NCBI GenBank assembly: GCA_964587835.1
Contig: CAZPMN010000003.1
Coordinates: 76,565 to 140,564, forward strand
Length of the DNA: 64,000 bases
Origin: an uncultured bacterium
GTDB taxonomy: Bacteria; Auribacterota; Erginobacteria; Erginobacterales; Erginobacteraceae
Direction of reading: 5' to 3'
This document shows, in pieces, positions 17,435-26,087 of the stretch. How positions within the stretch are numbered: the first letter of the stretch is position 1; every line of letters starts with the position of its first letter. A model generated the notes under the pieces. That model saw only the letters and a program-made list of their open reading frames with translations. It was not told where the DNA came from and ran no database searches. Both the position numbers and the translations under genes were made by a program.

Positions 17435-17861
17435 TCACCTTCGCAAAGATCCCCTCCCGGGGCATCACGCAGTCTCCGGTCAGCCGCCGGATGGCGCACC
17501 CGGTATGACACTCCTTACCGATCTGGGTCACCTCGAGGACAACCTCCTCTCCAACCCGCAGCAGGGACCCCACCGGCAGGATGTAAAGCGTCAGCCCCCG
17601 GGTGAGCAGGTTTTCGGCGAAGTCCCCGGGCCGGAAGGAAACCGCCGCCGCGGGGCCGGAATCCCACAGGGAGGCGGCCAGCTTCTCCGTGCTCTCCGCC
17701 GCCAGAAGGCTGACCTGGCGATGCCAGCGACCGGAGTGGGCGTCCCCCTCCAGCCCCCAACCGGAGCGGAGACGGGCTTGCCCGACATTCTCCTTCCGGA
17801 CCCCCTTCCGGTCGCTTAAACAGACCGCGACCACCTCCCCCCGCAATTCCTGCTCATTCAT
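17376..17861 (-). CDS. MOSC domain-containing protein
   Basis: ~160 aa. Conserved Cys (IGKECHTGCAIRR) and GDRIRV typical of MOSC/YiiM beta-barrel proteins. Confidence 0.6.
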   Translation of the reverse strand: MNEQELRGEVVAVCLSDRKGVRKENVGQARLRSGWGLEGDAHSGRWHRQVSLLAAESTEKLAASLWDSGPAAAVSFRPGDFAENLLTRGLTLYILPVGSLLRVGEEVVLEVTQIGKECHTGCAIRRLTGDCVMPREGIFAKVITGGGVKAGDRIRVEIASS

Positions 17862-18187
17862 AGCCTAACCTCGCCCCGCAGCCAGTCAAGGTACTCCCGG
17901 CTCCCTCCGACCAGGGGAAGGGCGACGATCTCCGGGACCTCGTAACCGTGGATCTCCTTCACCGTGGCGATCAACCCCTCCAGCAGCTCCCGAGTGGTCT
18001 TGGCGATCAGGAGTAACTCCTCGGCCCGATCAATCTCTCCCCGCCACCAGAAATAGGACTCCCCTTTGGGGTGAATCCCGACGCAGGCCGCCTGACGCTT
18101 CTCCAACAGGGTCCGGGCGATCTTCCTCGCCTCCTCCCTCTCCGGGCTGGTCACCATCACCACGACAAATTCATTCATACCAAACAC
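17858..18187 (-). CDS. cutA: divalent-cation tolerance protein CutA
   Basis: VVVMVTSPEREEARKIARTLLEKRQAACV...SYFWWRGEI...IHGYEVPEIVALP...EYLDWL. Confidence 0.85.
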   Translation of the reverse strand: MFGMNEFVVVMVTSPEREEARKIARTLLEKRQAACVGIHPKGESYFWWRGEIDRAEELLLIAKTTRELLEGLIATVKEIHGYEVPEIVALPLVGGSREYLDWLRGEVRL

Positions 18188-18204
18188 CTCGGACGGAAAA
18201 AATG

Positions 18205-18380
18205 AACCGCAGAGAACACAGAGAAATTTTCACCGCAAAGACGCAAAGAACGCAAAGAGATTTGTAGTTATTTTACTCCGAGAGGAATACTGATACCGGG
18301 TTACTACCAATATTGAACCAGCCTGTGGTTACCAAATTGAAACGCTTATCTTCCTTTGCGTTCTTTGCGTCTTTGCGGTG
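18205..18380. repeat. intergenic inverted-repeat element A. 27-bp perfect arms CACCGCAAAGACGCAAAGAACGCAAAG, each a triplet of CGCAAAG heptamers, flank a ~95-bp AT-rich core. A partial third copy sits upstream.
   Basis: Read directly. Left arm 18231-18257, right arm (reverse complement) 18354-18380. ccgcagagaacacagagaa at 18207-18225. Confidence 0.8.
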
Positions 18381-18414
18381 ATGACTTTTTTGGGACGTCC
18401 TTGGGTGAATTCTT

Positions 18415-20127
18415 TCAGGTACAGCGCAGGCTGCGCAGACGGTTGAGCGCCGCGGCGACCTCGAACCGGCGGGGCCGGGCGAGGTTTCCCTTCTTGTAAA
18501 CGCTGGCGATATCCAGTCCCTCCCGGTCAAGATCCGCCTCCACCAGGTCCAGGACCTCCCCCAGCGTCTTGTGCCCGTCAATATATCTCTCGCGGGCGTA
18601 GTTGAGGATCTCCCCGATCGCCCGGGTCTGGCTGACATCCACCAGCTGCTCGACGGCGGAGAGGTCGATCCAGTTCTCGCCGAAGCCGATAAGTTTGGGG
18701 CTCTTGGCCGAGATCTTTACCTGCTTCTTCGCCCCCCGACGGGGGTCGATGCTCTCGGGCCGGGGACAGCGGGACCGGACCGTCCCGAAGGTCTCCCCAC
18801 CCTCGAAATTCCGGCGGGTGGAGAAGTCTTCGGCGATCCGTCGGGCCTCGACGGTCCGGTCGCGGGGGACGTATTCGTCCATCATAATCACGGTATCGGC
18901 GACGTCGAAATAATCCCCGCTCCCCCCCATCACCAGGACGGTGGAGACCCCATGGTTGCGGTAGAGCTGCCGGACCTTGTCCAGGAAAGGAGTGATGGGC
19001 TCCTTGTCCCGGGCAACCAGGGCCTGCATCCGACCGTCCCGGATCATGAAGTTGGTGGCCGAGGTATCCTCGTCGATCAGCAACAGCCGGCTCCCCGCTT
19101 CCAGGGCTTCCATAATATTGGCCGCCTGGGAGGTCGATCCGCTGGCGTCGGAAGATGAGAAGTCGCGGGTATCGAGACCCCGGGGGAGATCCCGGATAAA
19201 GGGGCTGATGTCGACCGAGGAGATCGAGCGGCCGTCCTCGGCCCGGATCTTCACCCCGGAAGGGTCGGTTACCACCAGTTCCCGGCCGTCGCCGGGGATG
19301 TGATCGTAGACCCCCTTCTCCAGGGCGTCGAGCAGGGTCGACTTGCCGTGGTAACCGCCGCCCACGACCAGGGTCACCCCGACCGGGATCCCCATCCCCC
19401 GGACCTTTCCCCCCCGGGGACAATCGAACTCGACTTCCAGTCCGGACGGGGACTGGAAGGGGACGGCCTCTCCCGGCGGCAGCGAACGGTCGTCCACGCC
19501 GGAGCGGCGGGGCAGGATCGCACCGTTGCCGACAAAGGCCACCAGCTTCTTCTCCGGCAGCGAGCGGCGGATAGAGTCGGCGTCCTCGGCGACGGCGACG
19601 AACTTCTCCAGGATTTCCCGGTCGAGGGCGGAAGCGATCAGGATTTTCCCGACCAGTTCGGGAACCTCCTCGAAAAAGATCTCCTCCGCCTGGCGGCCCA
19701 GGATCTTCCTCCCCCGGGCCGGAAGACCGACCACGAATCGGGCCTCGACCCGGTCGGGACCGACCGACATCGCTGTCCGCTGGAGGATCTCCTGGGAGGG
19801 GGGGTCGATAGCCAGCAGTCCGCTGTGCCCGGTCCCCCTCCTTCCCTTGACCACCATTTCGGCCTGGCGGAGAAAGTGGCGGGTCAGGCAGTCCTCCAGA
19901 GCGAGCCGGCGGACCGGGGTATCGTACAATTCGGGGGGGAAACCGGCTTTGACCTGGTCTACCCGGACCGACGCCTGACTGGGGGGAGCGAACGGGTCGG
20001 GCTGTACGTAATCGATGGCCAGGAGAAAATTATCGAAGTCGTAAACGCCCTTCAGGTCCCGGTAGAAACTATAGGGCTTGGAGTCGATCCGGCGAAGAGT
20101 CTCGCGCAGCTGCGCTTGTGTTTTCAT
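18415..20127 (-). CDS. ABC_ATPase family protein ('predicted ATPase of the ABC class')
   Basis: 570 aa with a central Walker A GGGYHGKSTLLDAL, and later DEDTSATNF / MGGSGDYF blocks typical of this family. Confidence 0.7.
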   Translation of the reverse strand: MKTQAQLRETLRRIDSKPYSFYRDLKGVYDFDNFLLAIDYVQPDPFAPPSQASVRVDQVKAGFPPELYDTPVRRLALEDCLTRHFLRQAEMVVKGRRGTGHSGLLAIDPPSQEILQRTAMSVGPDRVEARFVVGLPARGRKILGRQAEEIFFEEVPELVGKILIASALDREILEKFVAVAEDADSIRRSLPEKKLVAFVGNGAILPRRSGVDDRSLPPGEAVPFQSPSGLEVEFDCPRGGKVRGMGIPVGVTLVVGGGYHGKSTLLDALEKGVYDHIPGDGRELVVTDPSGVKIRAEDGRSISSVDISPFIRDLPRGLDTRDFSSSDASGSTSQAANIMEALEAGSRLLLIDEDTSATNFMIRDGRMQALVARDKEPITPFLDKVRQLYRNHGVSTVLVMGGSGDYFDVADTVIMMDEYVPRDRTVEARRIAEDFSTRRNFEGGETFGTVRSRCPRPESIDPRRGAKKQVKISAKSPKLIGFGENWIDLSAVEQLVDVSQTRAIGEILNYARERYIDGHKTLGEVLDLVEADLDREGLDIASVYKKGNLARPRRFEVAAALNRLRSLRCT

Positions 20128-20155
20128 CCAAGATCTTCCGCGAATTTTACCACGG

Positions 20156-20452
20156 CTACTTTTCCGCGGAGGTGGAACTCGGGGTGACCGTTTTTTTCTT
20201 CTCCGAGGAAGATTTCTTCTCCGGGGGCTTGAACGCCTCCTTATCCTTCTTCTCTCCTTCCCGGTAACTCTGGGATCGGTAGTCGGTCTGGTAAAACCCC
20301 GACCCCTTGAAGATTACCCCGGCGCCGGGGCCGATCAGTCTCCGCAATCTCCCCCCGCAGCGCGGACAGCGGGTGAGCTTGCGCGCCTTGATACTCTGGA
20401 ATTTCTCGAATCGGTAGCCGCAATCATCGCAGCCGTAATCGTAGGTGGGCAT
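20156..20452 (-). CDS. FmdB-family zinc-ribbon protein
   Basis: MPTYDYGCDDCGYRFEKFQ...CPRCGG. Classic FmdB CxxC...CxxC start, with a Lys/Ser-rich tail. Confidence 0.7.
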   Translation of the reverse strand: MPTYDYGCDDCGYRFEKFQSIKARKLTRCPRCGGRLRRLIGPGAGVIFKGSGFYQTDYRSQSYREGEKKDKEAFKPPEKKSSSEKKKTVTPSSTSAEK

Positions 20453-20541
20453 CTTCTCGCTTCCTTATCCGGTTTTCCTTCGGGAATGAAGGATAATAGG
20501 CGGATATTGCTCCTTGTCAAGAAAGTTGCCGCCGGATTAAA

Positions 20542-21441
20542 ATGCTCCTGATGAACGAGCTGGAATTTCAAAACTTTCTCTCCGAAAAGAGAGAGGTGGT
20601 AGATCTCGCCCTGGCCGACCTCCTGGAACGCGCCGGTTCCGTTAATCCACGGCTGGGGGAGGCGATCCGATACTCACTCCTCGGTGAAGGGAAACGGATC
20701 CGCCCGATCCTCTGTCTCAGCACCTGCCGGGCGGCCTCCGGGGTGGAGGCTCCGGCCCTGACCACGGCCTGCGCCCTGGAGATGATCCACTGCTACTCCC
20801 TGATCCACGACGATCTCCCGGCGATGGACGACGACGATCTCCGGCGGGGCCGCCCCTCCCTCCACCGAGCCTTTGACGAGGGCACCGCCATCCTGGCCGG
20901 GGACGCTCTTTTAACTCTGGCCTTCGAGACCGTCGCCCGCGACCGGGCACTTTCCGCCGGCCGGGCTCGGGAGATCATCGCCGAATTGGCCCAAGCGGCC
21001 GGGCAGCGGGGGATGGTGGGAGGGCAGCAGGCTGACCTGGACGCGGCGGGGCGGGCGATCAGCCGGGAGGAACTGGCCCGGATCCACGCCGGCAAGACCG
21101 GCGCCCTGATGGTCGCCGCCGTAACTAGCGGGACAATCGCCGGCGGCGGCAAGGTGGAACTGGTCGCCCGGATGCGCGACTACGGCCGCCAGATCGGGCT
21201 GGCCTTCCAGATCAAGGACGACCTCCTTGACGTCGAGGGAGAAGAGAAGGAACTGGGTAAGGCCGTCGGCCAGGACTCCCGGGGAAAGAAGGCCACCTAT
21301 CCCGCTCTCTGGGGCCTGTCCCGGAGCCGGGAGGAACTGCAGGGGGCGGTCCGGCAGGCCCACCGAGCCCTGGATGGACTGGGAGAAGAGGCCGAGCCGC
21401 TGAGATGGATCGCCGACTTTATCGCCCGGCGACGGAGCTGA
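20542..21441 (+). CDS. ispA: polyprenyl diphosphate synthase (FPP/GGPP synthase, IspA family)
   Basis: First DDxxD motif LIHDDLPAMDDDDLRRG, second motif FQIKDDLLD. Confidence 0.85.
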   Translation: MLLMNELEFQNFLSEKREVVDLALADLLERAGSVNPRLGEAIRYSLLGEGKRIRPILCLSTCRAASGVEAPALTTACALEMIHCYSLIHDDLPAMDDDDLRRGRPSLHRAFDEGTAILAGDALLTLAFETVARDRALSAGRAREIIAELAQAAGQRGMVGGQQADLDAAGRAISREELARIHAGKTGALMVAAVTSGTIAGGGKVELVARMRDYGRQIGLAFQIKDDLLDVEGEEKELGKAVGQDSRGKKATYPALWGLSRSREELQGAVRQAHRALDGLGEEAEPLRWIADFIARRRS

Positions 21442-22078
21442 CCTTCTTCCGCAGCCACTCGCTCCACCGTCCTGTCCCCTCCCCCGTCCGGCAGGAGATC
21501 TCGACCACCTCCAGGTCGGGGTTGATCTCCCTCAACCCCCCGTAAAAGGAATCCCGATCGAAGTCACTGTGAGGGATGAGGTCGATCTTGTTCAGGATCA
21601 CCACCTCGGCCTCCCGGAAAAGCAAGGGATACTTGGTCGGCTTGTCATCCCCCTCGGCCACGCTCACCAGCCCGATCTTGGCCGTCTCCCCGAGATCGAA
21701 GCTGACCGGACAGACCAGGTTGCCGACGTTCTCGATGATCAGCAGATCGAGCCCGGACAGGTCGATCGCCGGCAGGGCCTCCTTGATCATCAGCGGGCTC
21801 AGATGGCACCCACGGCCGGTATTGATCTGCAGCGCCGCCAGTCCCAGGCGCCGGAGCCGGACGGTATCCTTGTCCGAGGCTAGGTCGCCCTCGATCACCC
21901 CGATCTTCAGCTCCTCGCCCAGTTCCCGGTGGGCCGCCTCGATCAGGGAAGTTTTTCCTGAACCCGGCGAGCCGATCAGGTTGAAGACGGCCACGTGGTG
22001 TTGCTGGAAAAGTTTCCGGTTCTCTCCCCCGATCCGGTCTTCTTCTTTGAGAATGTCTTCCTTGATCGCGATCTTCAT
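21419..22078 (-). CDS. hypB: hydrogenase/urease nickel-incorporation GTPase HypB
   Basis: GSPGSGKTSLI (P-loop), IENVGNLVCP (HypB-specific CP motif), NKIDL. Confidence 0.85.
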   Translation of the reverse strand: MKIAIKEDILKEEDRIGGENRKLFQQHHVAVFNLIGSPGSGKTSLIEAAHRELGEELKIGVIEGDLASDKDTVRLRRLGLAALQINTGRGCHLSPLMIKEALPAIDLSGLDLLIIENVGNLVCPVSFDLGETAKIGLVSVAEGDDKPTKYPLLFREAEVVILNKIDLIPHSDFDRDSFYGGLREINPDLEVVEISCRTGEGTGRWSEWLRKKVSSVAGR

Positions 22079-22081
22079 CTT

Positions 22082-22104
22082 AAAATTTTCCTGCAGAAAA
22101 TTTT
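22082..22104. promoter_or_regulatory. 23-bp perfect AT-rich palindrome AAAATTTTCCTGCAGAAAATTTT abutting the hypB start codon (candidate operator)
   Basis: Read directly. Stands out in a ~65% GC background. Only 3-4 nt from the hypB ATG and ~90 nt downstream of the hypA stop. Confidence 0.5.
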
Positions 22105-22149
22105 AGTATCGGGGTTTTTGTCCGCGGGCGATCAGGCTCACTTCTTCCC

Positions 22150-22185
22150 GCCCACCGCTTACCGCTCACTGCTTACCGCTTACTA
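22150..22185. repeat. heptamer array (CCGCTTA / CCGCTCA / CTGCTTA) between hypA and hypB
   Basis: cccaccgcttaccgctcactgcttaccgcttact read directly. Related to the arrays at 59326-59440. Confidence 0.55.
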
Positions 22186-22196
22186 TTCCCCATCCC

Positions 22197-22538
22197 CTAC
22201 TCCCCCTCCAGGCAATCGAGAAAGAGCTCGTCCCCGGAGAGGATCTCCAGATCGGTGGATCCGCACTCGCCGCAGGTGAAGGCCAGGTCATCCCCGGCCT
22301 TCCCCGCCCCGCAGCTCCGGCAGCGCACCGCCAGGGGGATCTCCTCGATCTTCAGCTCGGCCCCGGCGAACTCCGTCTCCCCGATCAGATGCCGGAAGGC
22401 GGTCTGGAGCGTCTCCGGAACCACCTGCCGCAGCACCCCGACCTTGACGTGAACCTCGGATATCTTGCCCAATCCCTCTCTCCGGGCCGCGGACGCCGCC
22501 AGGCGGACCAGGTTATCAGCGATCGTCCACTCGTGCAT
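22197..22538 (-). CDS. hypA: hydrogenase nickel-insertion protein HypA
   Basis: Start at MHEWTIA. C-terminal CxxC...CxxCGS zinc site (CRSCG...CGECGS). The ORF-track N-terminal extension is judged non-coding. Confidence 0.8.
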   Translation of the reverse strand: MHEWTIADNLVRLAASAARREGLGKISEVHVKVGVLRQVVPETLQTAFRHLIGETEFAGAELKIEEIPLAVRCRSCGAGKAGDDLAFTCGECGSTDLEILSGDELFLDCLEGE

Positions 22539-22605
22539 ATCTTTACACCCGTCATCTTTCCTTATTGCACAAAACCGGTATGACTTGAATTGTGCAATAA
22601 GAGAG

Positions 22606-23532
22606 TCAGGCGGGTTTGGGTTCTGGGGCAAAATCGATCTCGTAGACGTCGAGGTCGCGGGCGATCCGGGTGGCCGGGAACTCCTTCCGCGCCTCTTGCA
22701 GCATCGGTTTGATCGAGAGGTAGCGGGGACTGATGTGGACCAGGACCAGCTTTCCCACCCCAGCCCGACGGGCCAGGCCGGCCGCCTCCCGGGCGGTGGA
22801 GTGGCCCTTGAGCCCGCTCTCGGAGGCCATATCGTCGCCGAACATCCCGTCGTGGATGAGCAGGTCGGCCCCCCGGACGAACTCCTCCGCCCCGGCGAAG
22901 GGTCGGGTATCGACCATATAGACCAGCGTCCGCCCCGGACGGGGCGGGCCGAGAACCTCCTCCGGCTTCACCACCCTCCCTCCCTCCAGGGTGACCTCCT
23001 CCCCTGACTGGAGACGTTTGTAAAGCGGCCCGGCCGGGATCCCCAGCCGCTCGGCCGCCTCCAGGTCGAATCGGCCGGGCCGGGGATATTCCTTGAGCCG
23101 GTAGGCCAGGGTGAAGACCCGGTGATCGACCGGAAGGGCGTCGATCCGGTAATTGGACTCCTCGATCACCGCCCCCCCCTTGATCTCCCTCACCTCCAGC
23201 GGGTAGGCCACTCCGAACCTCAGGTACTTTCGGGAGAGGTCGACGTAGCCGCGGATCCCGGGAGGCCCGTAGATGGTCAGCGGATCGGTCCGCGAGCCCA
23301 TCGACATTGTCATCAGCAGCCCGGCCAGGCCGATCACGTGGTCGCCGTGGAGGTGGGTGACGAAGATCGCCCGGAGCCGGGCCCAGCCCAAATGGGACTT
23401 CGCCAGCTGAAGCTGGGTCCCCTCCCCGCAGTCGAAGATAAACATCTCCCCCTCCCGGAGCACCGCTGTCGCCGGGAGCATCCTCCGGGAGGTCGGGAAT
23501 GCTCCCCCCGAACCAAGCACAACCACTCTCAT
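22606..23532 (-). CDS. rnz: ribonuclease Z (tRNA 3' endonuclease, metallo-beta-lactamase fold)
   Basis: VVLGSGGAFP, THLHGDH, HIS...PRY motifs. Confidence 0.85.
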   Translation of the reverse strand: MRVVVLGSGGAFPTSRRMLPATAVLREGEMFIFDCGEGTQLQLAKSHLGWARLRAIFVTHLHGDHVIGLAGLLMTMSMGSRTDPLTIYGPPGIRGYVDLSRKYLRFGVAYPLEVREIKGGAVIEESNYRIDALPVDHRVFTLAYRLKEYPRPGRFDLEAAERLGIPAGPLYKRLQSGEEVTLEGGRVVKPEEVLGPPRPGRTLVYMVDTRPFAGAEEFVRGADLLIHDGMFGDDMASESGLKGHSTAREAAGLARRAGVGKLVLVHISPRYLSIKPMLQEARKEFPATRIARDLDVYEIDFAPEPKPA

Positions 23533-23740
23533 TATCCATACGCCCCTTGCACGCGATAGGTTGGGAAGAGAATAAGTTGAGTCTGTTTATTTCCCGATTT
23601 TTGTCAACGGAGAATTCCGAGATGAAAGGACAAAATGCCCCAACGGCCCCTGAATCCGGTCCATCCCTAAGATCCCCTTGAAAAATATAGTTGCTTTTAC
23701 CCCTATTCCCCGCTACCTTACTGACTCTTCAAAACAATCT

Positions 23741-23814
23741 GGGGGCGTAGCTCAACTGGTTAGAGTACCGGACTGTCGATCCGGGTGTTGCGGGTTCGAG
23801 TCCCGTCGTCCCCG
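23741..23814 (+). tRNA. tRNA-Asp (anticodon GTC)
   Basis: Manually folded cloverleaf: acceptor GGGGGCG/CGTCCCC, anticodon arm CCGGA-CTGTCGA-TCCGG giving GTC, T-loop GGTTCGAGTCC, discriminator G. CCA not encoded. Confidence 0.9.
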
Positions 23815-23816
23815 TG

Positions 23817-23850
23817 AAAGGCCCCGGGGGATTTTTCCCCCGGGGCCTTT
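23817..23850 (+). terminator. rho-independent terminator after tRNA-Asp
   Basis: AAAGGCCCCGGGGG-atttttc-CCCCGGGGCCTTT hairpin, with T-rich tract in the loop and flank. Confidence 0.75.
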
Positions 23851-24065
23851 CTATTGGAATCGAAGTATTCCAACACCCGCAACAAGTTGTTTCTTCCCTC
23901 TTTCGTGGTAAAGTTAATTTTCAGTCCGTTCCAATCTCCGCGGTTTCCCTTTTCCCAATCATTTCACCCTGCAGAAGGTGAAAATCTATATTCACCGGTG
24001 TCTGAATATTATTGCAAAAAGGTTATGAATATCGTAACCTTCCTGCAAATTCTATGGTGCAAGCT

Positions 24066-24719
24066 ATGCAAACATTAACCGAGAAAGTTTACCGGCTGGC
24101 TCCTCCGGGCGGAATTTTTGCTGAATCCGTGGTGCGAAATCTCTTGCCGTCGGCCTCGGATACAGCCCGGAAACAGTTCATCTACCGGGCGGTGAGCAAC
24201 GGAGAGATCCTGAGACTCAAGCCCGGACTTTACTGCCTGGCGGAAGCATATCGAAAAACCCATCCCCACCCGTTTGTTGTGGCCGGCTTGCTTCATTCTC
24301 CCTCCCACATCAGCCTGGAATCAGCGCTCTCGTATTATGGACTGATCCCGGAGGCGGTCCACGGCGTAACCAGTGTGACCGACCGCCGAGGCCGGACGTT
24401 CCGGACGCCGCTGGGAGATTTCAGTTTTACAAGAGTCCCCGCCGACGAACCCCGTGCCGGAGTCCGGCATATCAATATCGATAACCAGGGATGGATCTTC
24501 ATCGCCGGGCCGATGAGGGCTATTGCCGATTTGATCTATCTGCGAAAAGGGGTCTTCTGGAAAAAAGACGGCTTAAGATTTCTAACGGAATCCCTGCGCA
24601 TTGAAAAAGACGATCTTCATAAGATCCCGCTGGATGATTACGAAGAAGTCTTCAGCAGCCTGAGAAACAAAAGAACTAAAACATATCTCAAAGGTCTGAG
24701 ATCGGAGTTGGAGCGATGA
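24066..24719 (+). CDS. type IV toxin-antitoxin AbiEi-family antitoxin (wHTH transcriptional regulator)
   Basis: ORF 24012..24719. Probable start at MQTLTEKVYRL. 4-nt overlap (ATGA) with downstream AbiEii gene, the typical AbiE arrangement. Confidence 0.7.
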   Translation: MQTLTEKVYRLAPPGGIFAESVVRNLLPSASDTARKQFIYRAVSNGEILRLKPGLYCLAEAYRKTHPHPFVVAGLLHSPSHISLESALSYYGLIPEAVHGVTSVTDRRGRTFRTPLGDFSFTRVPADEPRAGVRHINIDNQGWIFIAGPMRAIADLIYLRKGVFWKKDGLRFLTESLRIEKDDLHKIPLDDYEEVFSSLRNKRTKTYLKGLRSELER

Positions 24720-25582
24720 TTGGAGAGATTATCAGCGAAAGAGTGCGGGATTATGCTCCAGTCGACGCCCTGGAGCAGGAGAATATTCTGGTCGAACTGC
24801 TTCAGCGCTACGTATTGGCCGCGCTTTCCCGGACCCGCTTTTTTTCCCAGGCCGGTTTTCACGGCGGGACCTGCCTTCATATCTGTTACGGGATAAGACG
24901 TTTCTCGGAAGATCTTGATTTCCTGCTGAAAGAACCCGATCCAAGTTTTGCTTGGGGGCCGTATATTGAGAAGGTTATCGCGGACAACCGGGATGAAGGG
25001 ATCCGTTTCGAACCTCAGGACAAATCGAAATCGGGAACGGCGGTGAAAAAGTATTTTTTGAAAACCGGACTCAGCGGGGAAGAGATGCGGGGATTAAAAC
25101 TTCCTTTTCCTCGCCACCCGGGCCAAAAGATCCGGATCAAGCTGGAAGCGGATGCCGATCCCCCCGGCGGGTCGGGCTTCGAGACGCGATACATCGATTT
25201 CCCAATGACGGCGGCAATCACAACTCAAACTCTTGCCTCGGGGTTCGCGACCAAATCACACGCCTTGCTTTGCCGGGAGTATGTCAAGGGTAGGGACTGG
25301 TATGACTTTCTCTGGTACGTCACGAAAAAAATTGTCCCCGATTCGGCGCTTCTCGCTAATGCCCTTAAACAGCAGGGGCCGTGGGCCGGTCAATCCATCC
25401 GGATGACCCGCGCGTGGTATCTTGAAACGATGAGGCAGAGGATCAAAGAAATCGACTGGGGCAAAGCCAGAGAGGACGTCAATCGTTTTATCCCCGCCCG
25501 GGAGCGGGAGAGCCTTAATGCGTGGGGCCCGGACTTATTCCTGCAGTCCCTCGATCGAATGGCAGAGATTATGGGGGATTAA
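24716..25582 (+). CDS. AbiEii/AbiGii-family nucleotidyltransferase toxin
   Basis: GGTCLHICYGIRRFSEDLDF (AbiEii NTase signature with the conserved RFSEDLDF block). Confidence 0.8.
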   Translation: MIGEIISERVRDYAPVDALEQENILVELLQRYVLAALSRTRFFSQAGFHGGTCLHICYGIRRFSEDLDFLLKEPDPSFAWGPYIEKVIADNRDEGIRFEPQDKSKSGTAVKKYFLKTGLSGEEMRGLKLPFPRHPGQKIRIKLEADADPPGGSGFETRYIDFPMTAAITTQTLASGFATKSHALLCREYVKGRDWYDFLWYVTKKIVPDSALLANALKQQGPWAGQSIRMTRAWYLETMRQRIKEIDWGKAREDVNRFIPARERESLNAWGPDLFLQSLDRMAEIMGD

Positions 25583-25718
25583 CGGAGCGGATCATCGTCG
25601 TCCCTTTCGTCAGCACAATCTTGTAATTTTTTGCCGCCCATCCCTTACTATCCGGAAGCAGATCTTCATAAAATTCCAGATCAACCACGCTCTGGGACAC
25701 CCGTCATCCCCGTAAATA

Positions 25719-25755
25719 AGCCGGAGGTGAATTTTACCTCCGGCCTCTTTATTTT
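25719..25755 (+). terminator. rho-independent terminator after abiEii
   Basis: GCCGGAGGT-gaatttt-ACCTCCGGC followed by ctctttatttt. Confidence 0.7.
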
Positions 25756-25856
25756 GGGGAGAGTTGTCCCGGTCACAGACCGGGATCGTCCCCGTTAGCG
25801 AAATTCGTTCGCAGCAAAAAATTGACCTGAGCGGCAGATTGGAGTATTATTTCAGT

Positions 25857-26087
25857 ATGAGCATAACAGCAGAGAAGGTCATAACAGAAGCCCTGGCCCT
25901 CTCCCCGCAGGCGCGGGCGTTCGTGGCCGAGCGCCTGATTGAAAGCCTTGACGCCGGCCCGGGAGAAGCTATTTCCCCGGCGTGGCGCGACGAACTGCGC
26001 AAGCGATGCCGGGAGATGGACGAGGGCGCGGTCGAGTTGCGCGAGGCCGCCGATGTGTTTGCTCAAGCCTATGCTGCGCTCGGATGA
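25857..26087 (+). CDS. putative addiction-module antitoxin component (TIGR02574-like)
   Basis: ORF 25764..26087. Internal Met gives MSITAEKVITEALALSPQARAFVAERLIESLD..., typical of this small helical antitoxin family. Overlaps the toxin start by 4 nt. Confidence 0.65.
   Translation: MSITAEKVITEALALSPQARAFVAERLIESLDAGPGEAISPAWRDELRKRCREMDEGAVELREAADVFAQAYAALG

Larger units (their letters stand above)
23851..25760 (+). other. low-GC (~50%) islet inserted next to the tRNA-Asp 3' end, carrying the AbiEi/AbiEii module
   Basis: Visibly lower GC than flanks. Position immediately 3' of a tRNA. Confidence 0.55.

Noticed and set aside
16663-17508. 281-aa alternative-frame ORF over the radical SAM gene
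   Set aside because: Low-complexity Pro/Gly/Arg product. The radical SAM frame has the CxxxCxxC motif.
22562-23539. 325-aa ORF in an alternative frame of rnz
   Set aside because: Gly/Arg/Pro-rich. The RNase Z frame carries the HxHxDH metallo-beta-lactamase motifs.
23540-23740. Promoter for tRNA-Asp (TTGCTT...TACCTT or TTGAAA...TATAGT candidates)
   Set aside because: Spacing or hexamers are poor for both candidates. A promoter must exist here but could not be placed confidently.
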